64,000 bases of DNA from Selaginella moellendorffii. Its lineage: Eukaryota; Plantae; Lycopodiophyta. The position numbers were made by a program, and so were the translations under genes. The DNA lies in assembly GCF_000143415.4 (NCBI RefSeq), contig NW_003314309.1, forward strand, positions 186,001 through 250,000. The letters run 5' to 3'. This document shows positions 61,141 through 64,000 of this stretch, piece after piece; position 1 is the stretch's first letter, and each line of letters begins with the position of its first letter. Below the pieces are notes generated by a model. The model did no database searches. It saw only the letters and a program-made list of their open reading frames with translations, and was not told where the DNA came from.

Positions 61141-64000
61141 TGTGAGTGCTTGGAATATGGAAAGGGAATACAGAAAATGTGCATATCAATTAGCCCAAAA
61201 ACCCTAGCTTATATATAGAAGCGAGTGGTCCGGATTGAAACCAATCCGACGGCTACCAAAATCCCACTACGCTAATGTTAGTATACGGCATTGTAGGTGT
61301 ACACTTGGCCCTCACATCATCCCCTCCTCTCGGAATAATGGTAAACCATCAGGGTTCTCTTGTAGACGGGCTGGGATTTGGAGGAACGTCAGGAGGAGGC
61401 ATCGGCGGATCTGTAGGTGGTATTAACTGCTTCTGATCCCTTTGTATAAAGCGTTTCAACCGTTGCACATGCATAATCTCTGGAGGCTCGGCTTGCTGGA
61501 TGTCATGCCAAACCTCATAAACTTGTGGTCCAACTTGCCGCAAAACCCGATATGGTCCTTTCCACTGTGCAAGGAGCCCCTTAGATAAACCACGTACCGT
61601 AAGATGGGGAAAACGAATTAATACCAAATCATCCACTTTGTACTCTGCAGGTGGACGATGATGGGAGTTGTAGTGCCGTTGTTGTCCCACTTGTACGCGG
61701 CCTAAGTGTTCGGCAGACTCTGCTCGGACAAGTGGAAAAATGCTTGTCAAATATTGATCCCATGACTTAGCATTCGCAACTTGTGGCAATCGCAAAGGTA
61801 AACCCAGCTCCATTGGTAATATTGGATCATGACCATATAAGAGTTTATATGGTGAAGCACCAACAGAACTCTGCACCCCAGTGACATATGCATACCGAAG
61901 AGACGGCAAATAACCATCCCAATCTGAATGCTGAAAATTCACATACTTCACAATCATCCCCTTGAACGTCCAAACGAGCCGTTCCACCAGACCATCTGAT
62001 TGTGGATGATAAGCACTCGTGAAAGTGTGGCGAATCCCCAACCGAGACGTCAAAACATGAAATGCCTCAGCCATAAATGTGGGCCATTATCTGAAAGAAT
62101 CCGCTCTAGACAAGAATGCTTGAACACCACTCGATTGAGGAGGAAGTATCCAACAGCAGTTGTAGAGGCGCTAGCAAGAGCACCAACTTCCACCCAACGA
62201 GTCAAATAGTCAGAAGCAATAATAATATACTCATTGCCAACAGTCGACCGTGGAAAAGGTCCCATAAGATCAAACGCCACCAACTCAAACGAATAGGAAA
62301 CTGCAATTGACTCCAACTGTCCTTCCGCAGCCTGAGGGGGAGTATTACGAGCTTGGCACCAAACGCAGCTACGCACATACCGGATAATATCACGTCGCAT
62401 CTCCGGCCAATAGAAAGATCTGTGTAGCTTCTCAATTACATGACGATGTCCCATATGCTCACCTAGAATAGGAGAATCATGGTAGGCATGGAGAAACTGC
62501 AGAATAAAGATAGAAGGCACCACCAGACGTAAATGATCATCAGGATCTGTCCCCACAAAATAAAGAAGGCCACCTTCAAGATGATATTGAGAATGTAAAT
62601 GCCGGAAAGGCAAGTCATCAGCAAGTGATGCAAGATTCTTAAACCCATCTCGAAGCCTTCGAATCCATAGCTCAATCTTTTGAGCCTCGTGAACCTCATC
62701 AAGCGAAGGTAGATCTTGCTCTGCACCTTGTGGACACTTAACGTCAAGTACAGCAACTGCCGACGGCACAGAATCCTCGTCTAGAAAATCCACAGATGCT
62801 GGAACAACAGGCTCGTCAGAAACATGAGAAGAGAGTGAAGAAGGAAAAGGAGCTCGAGAAAGGGCATCAGCATCAGCCATAGAACTCCCTGGACGATGAA
62901 CAACATCAAAATCATATATCTGAAGCTTTAAAGCCCACCGAGCAGTACGACCAACTAGGTTCTTCCGCTTTAATAACGAAGTAACAGCAGCATGGTCACC
63001 TTCAAGTAATGTCTGAGAACCATGTAGATATGCATGAAGTTTCTCGAAACACCAGACTGCTACTAAACACTCCTTCTTTGTCATGGAGTAGTTCATCTCC
63101 ACTGGTTATAATGTACGGCTTATATATGCAATGGGATGGCGCTGACTAGGCACACACTCAAACTCTCTTGCATTAACACACCTCTAAGACCAATGTCAGA
63201 AGCATCCACGTGCAAAATAAAAGGTCGAGTGTAGTCAGGATATGCCAAAACTGGAGGAGTCGTCAATACCTCTTTGAGATCCCCGAACGCCCACTCACAA
63301 TCCGGAGACCAGATGAAAGATGATGTTGATGACTTCAGCAACGCTCGCAACAGTGCAGTGTGATCAGAAAGATGATCCACAAAACGATCGAGATACTGCA
63401 CCTTGCCCAAGAAACGCTGCACATCATTAACACACTTCGGAGTAGGGAAATTTAGAACAGCCACAAGTTTGTTAAGATCAACTTGCAAACCCTCACGAGA
63501 AATACGGTACCCAAGATAAGTTGTATCTTTAGACCCAAACACGCACTTCGACCGCTTTAGCTTCAAACCAACATTGCGTAGCCGATCCAACACTTTACAA
63601 ACATCACAAATGTGCTCCTCCCACGTCCCCTCTGAGCGGATCAAGACATCATCAATGAAGTCAGCAATCACCTCCAGCATATCACAAAGAACCTCGTCCA
63701 TCATCCGTTGGAAAGTTGCTAGAGCATTGTTCAAGCCAAATGGCATCACCAAGAATTCGTACAAACCAAATGGTGTACGAAAAGCAGTCTTAGGAAATTC
63801 TTCTTTGGCCATCGGTACTTGCCAGTACTTAGAAGCAAGATCTAGCTTGGTGAACCAACGACTTCGCCCCAGACGATCCAAGAGATCAGCAGTGTGAGGA
63901 AGAGGGTACACATCTGGGATCATCACTTCGTTTAATAGACGATAGTCAATGCAGAAACGAATACTCCCATCAGGCTTCGTCACAAGATGAGGTTCACATG
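61141..64000 (-). mobile_element. Second copy of the short-LTR Ty3/gypsy family (3' LTR 61141-61316, integrase, RNase H, RT; runs off the window)
   Basis: The 176-bp LTR matches 9545-9720. PPT present. Pol is in three frames (61349-62074, 62050-63102, 63120-63983). Confidence 0.93.

Overview
Plant nuclear DNA, most likely a lycophyte such as Selaginella. This is inferred from 50-80 nt introns, MYAKCG-type PLS-PPR genes, GC-rich genes among very AT-rich decayed transposons, and an intron-containing acetate kinase. The window is dominated by three diverged copies of a segmental-duplication unit at about 1-15750, 24180-35940 and 44500-57950. Each unit reads: CACTA transposase remnant, W-box-rich promoter, LRR receptor-like protein (+), convergent PPR pseudogene (-), mitochondrial-carrier remnant, unidentified decayed ORF, Gypsy integrase/LTR fragment. 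Units 1 and 3 also carry an acetate kinase. The three RLPs differ in the copy number of a 144-bp two-LRR module (3, 13 and 6 LRRs). Also present: two copies of a short-LTR Ty3/gypsy family, a deleted chromovirus-like gypsy nested in a decayed copia, a 5S-rRNA-containing Cassandra-like solo LTR, a deleted hAT element, an SDR gene fragment inside a CACTA, a 3'-damaged MSH3, an intact acetate kinase, and an unrecognised, probably plastid-targeted low-complexity protein with eight WPNPNYK-type repeats. Coordinates were read by eye, so the edges of decayed elements are approximate.
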